Assembly: GCA_016718035.1 (NCBI GenBank)
Contig: JADKEK010000003.1
Coordinates: 200,292 to 264,291 of the forward strand
DNA: 64,000 nucleotides
Reading direction: 5' to 3'
Source of the DNA: Bacteroidota bacterium
GTDB lineage: Bacteria > Bacteroidota > Bacteroidia > Chitinophagales > BACL12
Below the pieces are notes generated by a model. The model saw only the letters and a list, made by a program, of their open reading frames with translations. It was not told the DNA's origin and ran no database searches. Each line of letters starts with the position of its first letter. Position 1 is the stretch's first letter. A program made the position numbers and the translations under genes. Positions 19,602-30,033 of the stretch are shown here, piece after piece.

Positions 19602-20900
19602 ATGACTATAGCAATTATAGTATCTTTTTTCGATTTAAGAAGTGACTTAAGACGCTTAATAGCCGAATTAAGCAAAACAAATAAAGTTATTTTATTTGTC
19701 AAACCAGAGCACGAGGCGTTAATCAAGCGTCATTTGAGCAATGAAATATCTTATCGTCTAATAAACGAAGCCAAACCGACTTTACGTAATTTTTTGACCA
19801 CAAGACTGTTTTTACTATTTAAAAAACTCCCGAAATCTAAACGCAATTATTACCTCATGGAAACTTTCAAAGCCCATGGATTAACAAATTCTAAAACTAA
19901 AAAAAAAGCGTTATCGATTATATTTTTACAAAAACTCATACCACATTTTATGAGTTATGACTTTTATTTAAACAATCTTAGGTATACAAGCAAAACTGAT
20001 CTATCTGGAATTGATGTAGCACTTACATTCACAGAAATACATGATGATTACCTTTATATTCGATTAATAAAATCAAAAACACCGCTTTTTACTTATGTTT
20101 ATAGCTGGGACCATGCATTTAAACACGTAAGATTTTCAAAGCGTATTCAATATCTAGTCTGGCATGCCGGAATTTCAGAGGACCTGGTGACAATGCATGG
20201 CATTCCAAACAAAAACATTGCCGTTATTGGCTCAACACAATTGTGTTATTTAGATCAGTTTTTGAGCACAAATACATCCCCAAAACACACCTATAAATAC
20301 TTTTATTACGCATGTGGAATTGGCATTCCTTCTCATGTTGAAGACGAACTTGCAATCGTAGTTCAATTAGCAAAAACAATATATACCATTTACCCTACCT
20401 ACAAGTTAATTGTTAGGCCTTATCCAAATTTGAAGAATTGGAATGTTTATGATTTATTAAAAGATCAACCTAATATAATATTAGAAGATAATTACAGGGA
20501 TCAAGATTTGGTTACAAGCGAGGAACAAATAATGGAAAAATTTCGTGTGATTTCAAATGCTAAAGGTTTCTTCCATATGGGTACAACATTGGGTTTGGAA
20601 GCATGTTTTACAAAATGCCCTGTTTTTATAATTGCAACTGTTCCGAAAACGCAATACAGTATAAGTATCTATGATTTTGTTTATCAGTCTCAAAATGTAA
20701 AATATTTAATCCATTCAAGTAAACTAAATACGATTGTAAGTAACTACCAGTTGAAAGATACCCTAATAAGTATTGACGATACGAAGTTTTTACATTTTAG
20801 CAATTTTATCAAATCCCAATTTAATAGTGAATCGTTTGAATTAATTACAACAAGGTTTACGAAGCAGTTAAGCAGCTATAATTCACATCGTGCACAGTGA
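19602..20900 (+). CDS. Hypothetical protein, possibly a GT-B-fold glycosyl/phosphotransferase
   Basis: 432-aa soluble ORF packed 5 nt after wzx and overlapping the next GT gene. The C-terminal FHMGTTLGLEACFTKCPVFII resembles a GT-B nucleotide-sugar-binding half. I recognise no family motif. Confidence 0.4.
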   Translation: MTIAIIVSFFDLRSDLRRLIAELSKTNKVILFVKPEHEALIKRHLSNEISYRLINEAKPTLRNFLTTRLFLLFKKLPKSKRNYYLMETFKAHGLTNSKTKKKALSIIFLQKLIPHFMSYDFYLNNLRYTSKTDLSGIDVALTFTEIHDDYLYIRLIKSKTPLFTYVYSWDHAFKHVRFSKRIQYLVWHAGISEDLVTMHGIPNKNIAVIGSTQLCYLDQFLSTNTSPKHTYKYFYYACGIGIPSHVEDELAIVVQLAKTIYTIYPTYKLIVRPYPNLKNWNVYDLLKDQPNIILEDNYRDQDLVTSEEQIMEKFRVISNAKGFFHMGTTLGLEACFTKCPVFIIATVPKTQYSISIYDFVYQSQNVKYLIHSSKLNTIVSNYQLKDTLISIDDTKFLHFSNFIKSQFNSESFELITTRFTKQLSSYNSHRAQ

Positions 20901-21981
20901 GGATAAAAAAATAAGAGTGCTTATGTTTCCCTTTTCAAGGAATAGTGAAAACCCTTATCAACAACTAATTGCTAAAGGGTTAATTGAAAATGGAATGGAG
21001 GTGATAACTATCCCCAATAGAAAATTATTTCCCATATTCCAGGTCCTAAAATATCAATTCGACATTTTGTATCTTTTTTGGCCAGAAGATTTTTATGTCG
21101 GCAAAAATTTGCTAACCGCTTTAATTAAACAAACATCCCTGCTTTTAAGTTTACCTATTTTACGAAATAAAATAACCATATATTCTGCAGACAATCTGTT
21201 TAGCCACACAATTACGCCTAAAACATTGCTTGCAGAATCCAAGTGGATAAACCGTATATTAAAGAATTGCTCAGGAATAATATTTTCAAGCGAGGCAGCA
21301 AAAACAATTTATCAAAATAGTCATAAATATAGCCCTGAAAACTATGCCATCGTTCCACATGTTAGTTTTTCCGGATTTTATCCTAATACAATTACAAAAG
21401 AAGCTGCAAAAAATATTTTAGGATTAACTAACACCTTTACTTTTTTAGTTTTAGGTCGTATATCCCCTTATAAAGGTATTGAGGCAATAATTGCAAACTT
21501 TAATGAAATTGCAATGAACAAAGAATTAAAACTCCTAATAGGTGGTAAATGTGATAAAAATTATGAACCTATTATTAATGATTTAATAAAAGATAACCCG
21601 AAAATTATTTTTATTAACAAGTATATTAAGCATGAAGACATACAAATCTATATGAATGCAGCAGACGCATTAATTGTAAATTATATCGACACTCCATTAA
21701 ATCCTGGAACTTTAGAGTTAGCACATATTTATAAAATACCTGTAATTGCGCCTAATCTACCAACTATCATAGCAAATTACGCCCCCCAGTTATTATATAC
21801 ATACAAACCATTAGATAATCTTGCATTAAAAACGACCATGCTTGATGCAGTTGAGGCTATTCCAAAAATATCGGGAACATCTTTTAATAAAAACAATTCA
21901 CCTGCTCAAATTGGAAAAGTATTAAAAGACTTTTACCACTCTCAACTGAAATTGAAAGAAAATATAAACAATAATGTTTAA
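20890..21981 (+). CDS. Glycosyltransferase, group 1 (GT4-like)
   Basis: VLGRISPYKGIE and a C-terminal LELAHIYKIPVIAP-type GT-B motif. It overlaps its neighbours. Confidence 0.7.
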   Translation: MHSEDKKIRVLMFPFSRNSENPYQQLIAKGLIENGMEVITIPNRKLFPIFQVLKYQFDILYLFWPEDFYVGKNLLTALIKQTSLLLSLPILRNKITIYSADNLFSHTITPKTLLAESKWINRILKNCSGIIFSSEAAKTIYQNSHKYSPENYAIVPHVSFSGFYPNTITKEAAKNILGLTNTFTFLVLGRISPYKGIEAIIANFNEIAMNKELKLLIGGKCDKNYEPIINDLIKDNPKIIFINKYIKHEDIQIYMNAADALIVNYIDTPLNPGTLELAHIYKIPVIAPNLPTIIANYAPQLLYTYKPLDNLALKTTMLDAVEAIPKISGTSFNKNNSPAQIGKVLKDFYHSQLKLKENINNNV

Positions 21982-23365
21982 AGGCACTGGCAAACATATA
22001 TCAATAGCTTTTATTGCTATTTTATTACGATTTGGTGTTGCATGGCTGGGCTGGAATACAAGCTTATTTGAAGCTTATGATAATTCTATAACTGTCGTTT
22101 ACCAGCGTAGCGCTTATTTGCTTGCATTCGGATATGGTTACCAACAATCACTGCCAGAATCACCAGCGTATTATCAATTGGATTCAATTATTACCACAAT
22201 TAATTTAGGTAGCAACTTAGCTACCAATTATGAAATCACTGAGAATGGTCGTTTTAACACCTCGCATTACCCACCGGGATTGCCACTGATTGGCGCAGGT
22301 TTATATAAAATTACCAAAATACCAATTGCCTATTTATATCAGATACTCGGTATATTGATAGATTTAATCACTATATATTATTTGTATTTATTGATTTTAA
22401 AGATAAGCACTCAAAAAGTTGCCTGGATAACTGCATGGCTTTATTGTTTAAGCCCGCAAGCAATTTCCTTAAGTGTTTCAATGACACCGGACGCCTACAT
22501 GCCATTATTAGTTGTAGCCACTACCTATTACTTTTTGCAATACTTGGAGCATAAGTCTTTTAAATACATTATTATTATTGCCATTATAAACGGTTTAGGC
22601 GGCTACCTCCGCAGTGATTTTATTTTACTCCCGTTTGCTTTTAATTTACTTTTTTTATTCAGATGGAATCAATTTAAATTGTTTAATATTCTAAAGTTCA
22701 ATCTTGCAATTGCTGTTATTAGTTTTATAATTCTAACCCCATGGGCTTTACACAACAAAAAAACTCATGGTGAATTTAATCCCACGTCAACCTCGTTAGG
22801 TGCTACATTAATAACTGGATTATCTATTTTGCCAAACCCCTGGGATTTAGGGCCTACCGACTATGACAGGTTTGCTGAAGCTAAACACATGGGATTTGAC
22901 ACACCATTTGAATCGGGTGCCAATTACATGTTTACAGAACGTTTTAAATCGTATATAGCAGAGGAACCGGGTTATTATGCCAGAACATGTTTATATAGAA
23001 CCGGTTATTTTTTAACCGCTCCACATGGTTGGGGGTTAGAAGTAGATAAATATGCCAAAACTTATTCCGAACTAAGAAATGAAGGTGCTGCTTTGGGTTC
23101 ATTTTCATATTTATTAGGAAAATACTGGACACAAATGTTGTCAGCGATTTTTACTTTAATAAGTTTCCTTTCATTATTCCTATTTATGCGGAAACATCAA
23201 GACCTAAATGTTAAATTAATTTTAATTGCCGTTTTTATATCCGTATATTTAAGTCATGTTTTCATACATATTACCTCAGTTTATTTAATGTCGTTATACC
23301 CCATTCAATGTTTTTTTATAGCGTATATGACAACAAACTTTAAATTCAGGAAGGTTGGAACATAA
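21974..23365 (+). CDS. Polytopic membrane protein, GT-C-like (ArnT/PMT_2-type) putative glycosyltransferase
   Basis: 463 aa with more than 10 hydrophobic segments. The N-proximal loop motif HYPPGLPLIGAGLY resembles the PPL loop of ArnT/PMT-type enzymes. Confidence 0.4.
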   Translation: MFKGTGKHISIAFIAILLRFGVAWLGWNTSLFEAYDNSITVVYQRSAYLLAFGYGYQQSLPESPAYYQLDSIITTINLGSNLATNYEITENGRFNTSHYPPGLPLIGAGLYKITKIPIAYLYQILGILIDLITIYYLYLLILKISTQKVAWITAWLYCLSPQAISLSVSMTPDAYMPLLVVATTYYFLQYLEHKSFKYIIIIAIINGLGGYLRSDFILLPFAFNLLFLFRWNQFKLFNILKFNLAIAVISFIILTPWALHNKKTHGEFNPTSTSLGATLITGLSILPNPWDLGPTDYDRFAEAKHMGFDTPFESGANYMFTERFKSYIAEEPGYYARTCLYRTGYFLTAPHGWGLEVDKYAKTYSELRNEGAALGSFSYLLGKYWTQMLSAIFTLISFLSLFLFMRKHQDLNVKLILIAVFISVYLSHVFIHITSVYLMSLYPIQCFFIAYMTTNFKFRKVGT

Positions 23366-24398
23366 AAAAACACTGTTATACATTTGCACCAACGATGGTT
23401 CTGATATGCGCATCAATAAGGAGCTGCGAACCTTGTCGTCCAATTTTGCCATAACCTATATAGGTATTGGCCAAGGAGAAGTATTTACTTTTGGCAAACA
23501 ATACTGTCATTCGTTCCACCTAATTAAAGGCAAACGTAACAACCCGTTCACCATCCTTAAACTATTTCTAAAACTCATTCAACTCAAGCTTGCTAAATAC
23601 GATTCTGTTCATGTAGTAAATGAAAAGTTGATTATATTTTTGTATCCTATCATTTTCCACAAACATTTGGTTGTCGATATTTTTGATAGCATATTTCTCA
23701 TTAATAACAAATCCAGAAACAAAAACATATTCCTTAAAAAAATCCTCTATGCTCCGGCTAAAACATTGTTGGTTACCGATGAAAACAGGAAATCATTGAT
23801 GCCTGACTTCGCTAAACACAAAGTTGCCATTTTGCCTAATTACCCTTACAAATACGAAGGTCCTGTTTCAGAGAAACAAAATAATCAACTTACTATATTA
23901 TATAATGGGTGGTTAGGTGAAAACCGAGGGACAGAGTTCATTTACAAGTGTTTGGCGGCTGATACAGATTTACACGTAATTATGGCCGGTTGGATAGCTG
24001 ACGAAACTTCCAAAAAACTACTAGATCACCCACAGGTAATTTACAAGGGTATTATGAAACAGGACGAAGTGCTACAATTAGCAGCAACAGATTGTGATTA
24101 TATTTTATGTGTATATGCACCAATAAACGAAAATAATATCAATGCCAGCCCCAATAAAATTTACGACTCAATACAAACAAGAACCCCAATAATTACCAAT
24201 GCCGAAGTAGTTGTTGCCCAATTTGTTGCAACGAACGAAATTGGTGTAGTAATTGACAACTACTACCATTTTGATGCTGCAGAGCTGCTACATGAATTGC
24301 GAATAAGAAAAAACCAATTTGTATTCAACGATACGTTAAGAACCATTTATACTTGGGAAAATGTTGAAGGGGTATTATTGGCGGCTCATAGTTTATGA
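23355..24398 (+). CDS. Glycosyltransferase (GT-B fold, GT4-like)
   Basis: YNGWLGENRGTEF and SPNKIYDSIQTRTPIITN segments. TTG start overlapping the upstream gene. Confidence 0.6.
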   Translation: MEHKKTLLYICTNDGSDMRINKELRTLSSNFAITYIGIGQGEVFTFGKQYCHSFHLIKGKRNNPFTILKLFLKLIQLKLAKYDSVHVVNEKLIIFLYPIIFHKHLVVDIFDSIFLINNKSRNKNIFLKKILYAPAKTLLVTDENRKSLMPDFAKHKVAILPNYPYKYEGPVSEKQNNQLTILYNGWLGENRGTEFIYKCLAADTDLHVIMAGWIADETSKKLLDHPQVIYKGIMKQDEVLQLAATDCDYILCVYAPINENNINASPNKIYDSIQTRTPIITNAEVVVAQFVATNEIGVVIDNYYHFDAAELLHELRIRKNQFVFNDTLRTIYTWENVEGVLLAAHSL

Positions 24399-25498
24399 AA
24401 ATACTACTTTGCACCAATGCATTTGAAACCGTGAGCAATGGCCCTGCCAAATTTGCACACTTAGTATTGGAAATGGAGCGTTATTTCCCCGACTGTGAAG
24501 TGCGCGTGTTAACAGAGGATTGCACAACTCCTGTTAAAGACAAAATTTACAAGCAACAACTTAGTATACCTCAGATACTAAAACCATTAGGCATGTTTTT
24601 GCGCATGTTTCAATACCATAACAAGGCAATGTCTATCAAACACACTGATTATAATTTTGATTATCTCGTATACAATAATGCTATTGTCGGAATATGGAGT
24701 GGATTGTGTTTTAAAAATACAATTGGGTTCATCAATGACGACACTTATGCCACTGCAAGTTGGAAATCTTTTTGGGGGGTGAATTGGACCAAGGGAAGAA
24801 TATTTTTTATCACAGAGAAAATAGCGTGTAAATGTCTGCGTTTGATTATTGTAAATTCCAATTATTTAAGCGCTTTAATTCAAAAAAAATATCGAGTTCC
24901 GGCTCATAAGGTTCAACGATTATATAAAGCTAAAGGAGTTGAAAATGAGCTTCCTACTAAATCAAACCCGGTGCCAACAATATTGTTTGTAAAAAATGAT
25001 TATTTACGTGGTGGCTTATTCAACCTGATTGATGCTTTAAAACAAATATCTCAACCTTTCAAGTTAATTATTGCAGGACCTCACGCTGCGAGTAAACAAC
25101 CAATATTATCTTATATTGGACAGCAACACCAACTAGAAGTAGAATTTAAAGGAATTGTGACACCAACAGAAATATATGATGATATGAGAAAAGCAGACAT
25201 CTTTTGTGTGCCATCAACAAAAGAAGCTTTAGGTGTAGCCAATATTGAAGCCTTAGCACTAGGATGCACGGTAATAAGTACCCAAGTAGGTGGTATACCG
25301 GAAGTTTTAGATAATGGCAATAACGGATGGTTAGTGCCACCTGATAATCCTAAAGCCCTCGCCAATGCAATTCAAACTGCCCTTTCTAACCCAGATTTAT
25401 GTGCAGAAAAAACAAAAAACGGGCATATATTTGTTGAACAATTTAACTTGGGTAATGTGTTATCCAATTTCAAGCAGCTTATAACTAACCTTGGCTAG
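24395..25498 (+). CDS. Glycosyltransferase, group 1 (GT4)
   Basis: Classic EX7E region: PSTKEALGVANIEALALGCTVISTQVGGIPEVL. ATGA overlap upstream. Confidence 0.85.
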   Translation: MKILLCTNAFETVSNGPAKFAHLVLEMERYFPDCEVRVLTEDCTTPVKDKIYKQQLSIPQILKPLGMFLRMFQYHNKAMSIKHTDYNFDYLVYNNAIVGIWSGLCFKNTIGFINDDTYATASWKSFWGVNWTKGRIFFITEKIACKCLRLIIVNSNYLSALIQKKYRVPAHKVQRLYKAKGVENELPTKSNPVPTILFVKNDYLRGGLFNLIDALKQISQPFKLIIAGPHAASKQPILSYIGQQHQLEVEFKGIVTPTEIYDDMRKADIFCVPSTKEALGVANIEALALGCTVISTQVGGIPEVLDNGNNGWLVPPDNPKALANAIQTALSNPDLCAEKTKNGHIFVEQFNLGNVLSNFKQLITNLG

Positions 25499-26774
25499 AG
25501 CACTCACACAACAGCAAAAAATATTCAGAAATGTGGATTTCATATTACTGAATATTAATGCATTATTAATAATATTAGGTTACGGTTTAGCTGTTTATAC
25601 AGACACCGCATCTGTGCCAATGGTAAAACTCATAAAAACGGCATTTTTAGCTGTTTCACTGATTGCACTGTTAAAGAATTTACAATTTAAGAGTAATCCC
25701 TTTCCAAGTCCTACAATTATTTACTTATTGGTGTTTGCCTTCTGGGTTACATTAATGGCGTTTTTTGTTGAAGATGTTGTGTTTTCCATTATGCGGGCAA
25801 TGACATTTATTTTTCCGCTTTTTTACACCTATCTGGTTTTAAGCAATTTAGCGAACAAGTATGATGTGTATTCATTGCTGAAAGCTTTTGCTAGGTCATT
25901 CAACCTCATTTATAGTTTACCAATCATTGTTTTTTTGCTAAGTGGTGCAGGTTTTTCACAAGCAAATATCTATGGGCAGACAGGTAATTCCGGACATTTT
26001 TTTATTTCCAATCAATATGGATGGGCCTGTGCCATGTTTTTGATAACCGGAATGGATGTATGGTTAAATACCCAGCCCAAAAAAATATATAAATATTATT
26101 TATTAGGCACAAGCGTAGTAGGTCTCTTTTTAGTAATGGCAAGTGGGAATAGGGCTTCCTGGGTTGCCATATGTTTAGCCATTATCATTTTTACATTACG
26201 ATTAAAAAATATCCGTTCAGATTTTAAATTGTTGATAGCTTTAATACCAATTGTTGGCATAATCTGGTTTTATCAATTACCTGAATCCTCTTTGCAGGCA
26301 AGGTTATCGGATACAGAAACACAAATCGATAAAGGAGAAGCAAGATTCAATACTGCAAAATATGCATTCGGCGTATTTAATGAAGATAAAATAAAATGGA
26401 TAACCGGAGCCGGCATGTTTAATTACGAAGGAACAATTGGCTCCGATGGCCTTGGCGACTATCACAATTCCTATTTAGAGGTATTATTTGGTGGTGGCAT
26501 AGGCTTATTTATCATGTTTATAAACTTTATGATTTTCAGGCCGTTTTATTATTATATTAAATATTATTCGAAAACTTTTTTATTAATCACACCTGTAGCA
26601 ATTATCCCGGTTTTTGAAAGTAATCTTACAGGTGGTCAATTTTTATTCTACCCGTGGTTTGTTTTTATTTTGTTATTTAACATCCCTCCTGAATATGATA
26701 AAAAGCGATGGGAATTAATTCAGTCCAAAAAGGAAAAGCAACAAAAGTTGTTAGTTAAACCAAAATTTATTTAA
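25491..26774 (+). CDS. wzy: Wzy-like O-antigen/EPS polymerase (O-antigen ligase family)
   Basis: 427 aa with about 10-12 TM segments, an SGNRASWVAICL segment and a large loop before the last TM cluster. Confidence 0.7.
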   Translation: MARALTQQQKIFRNVDFILLNINALLIILGYGLAVYTDTASVPMVKLIKTAFLAVSLIALLKNLQFKSNPFPSPTIIYLLVFAFWVTLMAFFVEDVVFSIMRAMTFIFPLFYTYLVLSNLANKYDVYSLLKAFARSFNLIYSLPIIVFLLSGAGFSQANIYGQTGNSGHFFISNQYGWACAMFLITGMDVWLNTQPKKIYKYYLLGTSVVGLFLVMASGNRASWVAICLAIIIFTLRLKNIRSDFKLLIALIPIVGIIWFYQLPESSLQARLSDTETQIDKGEARFNTAKYAFGVFNEDKIKWITGAGMFNYEGTIGSDGLGDYHNSYLEVLFGGGIGLFIMFINFMIFRPFYYYIKYYSKTFLLITPVAIIPVFESNLTGGQFLFYPWFVFILLFNIPPEYDKKRWELIQSKKEKQQKLLVKPKFI

Positions 26775-27916
26775 TGCTTAAAATACTGGTGGTAATAGGC
26801 ACAAGGCCTGAAGCTATTAAAATGGCTCCGGTAATCCTATCATTAAAAAAACAAAAAAAGTTAATCTGCGAGGTGTGTGTTACAGCTCAACACAGGGACA
26901 TGCTCGATCAGGTGCTCACCTTTTTTCAAATCAAGCCTGATTATGATTTAAATATTATGACCGGGAACCAGCAACTAAATACCATTACTGCTAAAATACT
27001 ATCTGCTTTAGATGAAATTTATCAACAATGCAAACCGGATTTAGTACTTGTACATGGTGACACTAACACTTCTTTTGCTGCAGCATTGGCCGCTTTTTAT
27101 CGCAAAATAAAAATTGGACATATTGAGGCAGGAATGAGAACAGGTAATTTACAATTACCATTTCCAGAAGAAGGAAACCGTGTGCTAACAACACAAATTA
27201 GCAATTACCATTTTGCACCAACAAAAGAAAATGTTGCGCATTTAAAAAGAAGTGGTGTTAAAACAAAAAATATTATTAAAACAGGAAATACGGTTATAGA
27301 TAGTTTATTGCTTACCAGTAAAAAAGTAAAATCGTTTACATCTGCTATTACTGATTCACGTCTAACTGATATCATCCAATCCAAGAAAAAAATTATTTTG
27401 GTTACCGGACACAGAAGAGAAAATCTTGGAAACCCTTTGGCTCAAATTTGTGACGCTTTATTACAAATTGCTAATAAATTTCCTGAGACAACAATAATTT
27501 ATCCGGTTCATCCAAATCCTAATGTAAACAAACCGGTATATGCAGCGCTAAATAACACACCTAATATTATATTAACCCACCCATTAGATTATCCAGATTT
27601 TGTTTTACTCATGAAACATGCATATATTTTGCTGACTGATTCAGGTGGTATACAGGAAGAAGGACCATCATTGGGTAAGCCTGTATTAGTACTTCGTGAA
27701 ATTACTGAGCGACCTGAAGCACTTAAAGCCGGAACGGTAAAACTTGTAGGCACTAAAAGCAAAAACATTGTTCAACATGTTAGTGCATTAGTAACTTCCA
27801 AAACCGCCTATCAAAAGATGTCCTTAAAAATTAATCCGTATGGTGACGGTAATGCAGCGGCTAGGATTACAAAATGGATTAAAGCAAATGCGCAAATTTT
27901 GAAAAAAACAACTTAA
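26774..27916 (+). CDS. wecB: UDP-N-acetylglucosamine 2-epimerase (WecB/NeuC family)
   Basis: ILVVIGTRPEAIKMAPV, VHGDTNTS, TDSGGIQEE and ERPE motifs. Hydrolysing and non-hydrolysing types cannot be separated by eye. Confidence 0.85.
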   Translation: MLKILVVIGTRPEAIKMAPVILSLKKQKKLICEVCVTAQHRDMLDQVLTFFQIKPDYDLNIMTGNQQLNTITAKILSALDEIYQQCKPDLVLVHGDTNTSFAAALAAFYRKIKIGHIEAGMRTGNLQLPFPEEGNRVLTTQISNYHFAPTKENVAHLKRSGVKTKNIIKTGNTVIDSLLLTSKKVKSFTSAITDSRLTDIIQSKKKIILVTGHRRENLGNPLAQICDALLQIANKFPETTIIYPVHPNPNVNKPVYAALNNTPNIILTHPLDYPDFVLLMKHAYILLTDSGGIQEEGPSLGKPVLVLREITERPEALKAGTVKLVGTKSKNIVQHVSALVTSKTAYQKMSLKINPYGDGNAAARITKWIKANAQILKKTT

Positions 27917-30030
27917 TGAAACAACTGATTCAACATTTACAAAGTGGGAAAACGACTCTGGAAGAAGTGCCCATACCGGCTGTAAAAAATGGGTATATTG
28001 TTGTCAGGTCGATTTATAGTTTAGTGTCCACTGGCACTGAAAAAATGCTTGTTGAATTTAGTAAAGCAAGTATTATTAATAAAGTGCGTCAAAACCCCGA
28101 TCGCGTTGAACAAGTATTGAATAAAATTTCAAGTGATGGGTTAATTCCAACTTTGGATGCTGTGTTTAGAAAATTAGAAGAACCAATGCCTTTAGGGTAT
28201 TGTAATCTTGGTGTAGTGACTGCAGTTGGAGAAGGAGTAAACGATTTTAAGATTGGAGACAGGGTGATTAGTAATGGGCCGCATGCAGAATATGTTGCAG
28301 TCCCAAAAAATCTAGCTTGCAAAGTACCACATGAAGTAAGTAATGAAGCAGCTGTTTTCACAGTAGTAGGTGCAATTGGTTTAGAAGCCATTCGATTAGC
28401 AAAACCGCAACTTGGTGATACTGTTTGTGTAATTGGTTTAGGGTTAATTGGATTACTTACCTGTCAATTATTACGCGCTTCAGGTTGTAATGTAATGGCA
28501 TATGATATTGATGATAAAAAAATAGCTATTGCCAAATCGATGCAAATTGCTGCATTTAATTCAAGCAACATTGATATCGATGCTCATGTATTGGAACAAA
28601 CAAACAATTTTGGTTGCGATGTAGTATTTATTGCAGCATCAGCTAAAAACGACAATCTTGTAAATATTGCGGCCAGGGCAACAAAAAAACGCGGCCAGGT
28701 GATTCTCATTGGTGTAATAAATCTGCAGTTAGACAGAACCGAATTTTATAAAAAAGAAATTACTTTTCAGGTTTCATGTTCGTATGGCGCAGGACGTTAT
28801 GATGATCAATATGAAATTCAAGGTATTGATTATCCCGAAGCCTATGTGAAATGGACTGCCAAACGAAATTTTGAAGCTTTTTTAAGTTGTTTAAACAATA
28901 ACACTGTTCAAACAACACAATTAATCACATCTACTATTTTATTTGAACAGGCCCCGGAAGCTTATGCCGAAATTGCCGCACCCGATACTGTTGCCTTATT
29001 ATTAAAATATGCGAATGACTATAAGCTTACAGCACAACCTGAACAAGTTACAATTAAACCAAATAAACCTTCTGCAGTTACAGTTGGAATTATAGGCTCA
29101 GGTAATTTTGCTAAAGCTACATTAGTTCCTATTCTTCAAAAAATTGGTGCTAACATCAAATATATTTGCGGAAATGACGGACTAAGTGCTGCATTATTGG
29201 CAAAAAAATTCAACATTCCGCACGCGGTAACTTCAACCGATACTATTATAAATGACCCTGAAGTAAACTTATTAATTATAGCAACACGCCATGATTCACA
29301 TGCTGCTTTAGCTATTGCCGGCTTAAATGCCAATAAACATATATTTGTCGAGAAACCAATTGCGATTGACCTTAATTCACTAGAACAATTAAAAGCAGCG
29401 CATGCTCAACACCCTGAATTAATTTTTCAAAGTGGATTTAACCGCAGGCATGCCCCATTGGCAAAACAATTAAAAGCACACATTCAAAACAATCCGGTTA
29501 GTAATATTGTTATCACTGTAAATGCAGGTGCCTTACCTGATGGCCATTGGTTGTATAATAAAACAACCGGTGGGGGACGAATAGTTGGAGAAGCTTGTCA
29601 TTTTTTTGACTTAATGAGTTACTTTACCGGTAGCACCATAAAATCGGTTTATGCCACAGAAGCGCCAATAAGCAACCAACAAGAAAACACTATTATACAT
29701 TTAACCTATCACAATGGAAGCCATGGCACTATCAATTATTTTGCAAACGGACATAAAAAATATCCAAAAGAAAAAATAGAGGTGTTTGCAGGAAATAAAA
29801 TATTTATGCTGGATAATTTCAGAAAACTGTATGCTTACGGCGCCAACATTACCAATAGTTTATTTTCAACGCAGGATAAAGGACATAAAGCCCAATTTGA
29901 AACATTATTACAATCATTACATTCAGACCAACTCTCATCAAGCACTTTTGAATCTCTCTACAACACTACTAAAGCAACTTTATTAGTAGAAAAAAGTATC
30001 ACTACAAAAGCACCACAGGAGGTAGATTAA
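27916..30030 (+). CDS. Bi-domain oxidoreductase (N-terminal Zn-ADH/MDR-like fused to C-terminal Gfo/Idh/MocA-like)
   Basis: GroES-like N-terminus, Rossmann VCVIGLGLIGLL, then a second Rossmann VGIIGSGNFAK and a VEKP motif. 704 aa. Confidence 0.8.
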   Translation: MKQLIQHLQSGKTTLEEVPIPAVKNGYIVVRSIYSLVSTGTEKMLVEFSKASIINKVRQNPDRVEQVLNKISSDGLIPTLDAVFRKLEEPMPLGYCNLGVVTAVGEGVNDFKIGDRVISNGPHAEYVAVPKNLACKVPHEVSNEAAVFTVVGAIGLEAIRLAKPQLGDTVCVIGLGLIGLLTCQLLRASGCNVMAYDIDDKKIAIAKSMQIAAFNSSNIDIDAHVLEQTNNFGCDVVFIAASAKNDNLVNIAARATKKRGQVILIGVINLQLDRTEFYKKEITFQVSCSYGAGRYDDQYEIQGIDYPEAYVKWTAKRNFEAFLSCLNNNTVQTTQLITSTILFEQAPEAYAEIAAPDTVALLLKYANDYKLTAQPEQVTIKPNKPSAVTVGIIGSGNFAKATLVPILQKIGANIKYICGNDGLSAALLAKKFNIPHAVTSTDTIINDPEVNLLIIATRHDSHAALAIAGLNANKHIFVEKPIAIDLNSLEQLKAAHAQHPELIFQSGFNRRHAPLAKQLKAHIQNNPVSNIVITVNAGALPDGHWLYNKTTGGGRIVGEACHFFDLMSYFTGSTIKSVYATEAPISNQQENTIIHLTYHNGSHGTINYFANGHKKYPKEKIEVFAGNKIFMLDNFRKLYAYGANITNSLFSTQDKGHKAQFETLLQSLHSDQLSSSTFESLYNTTKATLLVEKSITTKAPQEVD

Positions 30031-30033
30031 CGC

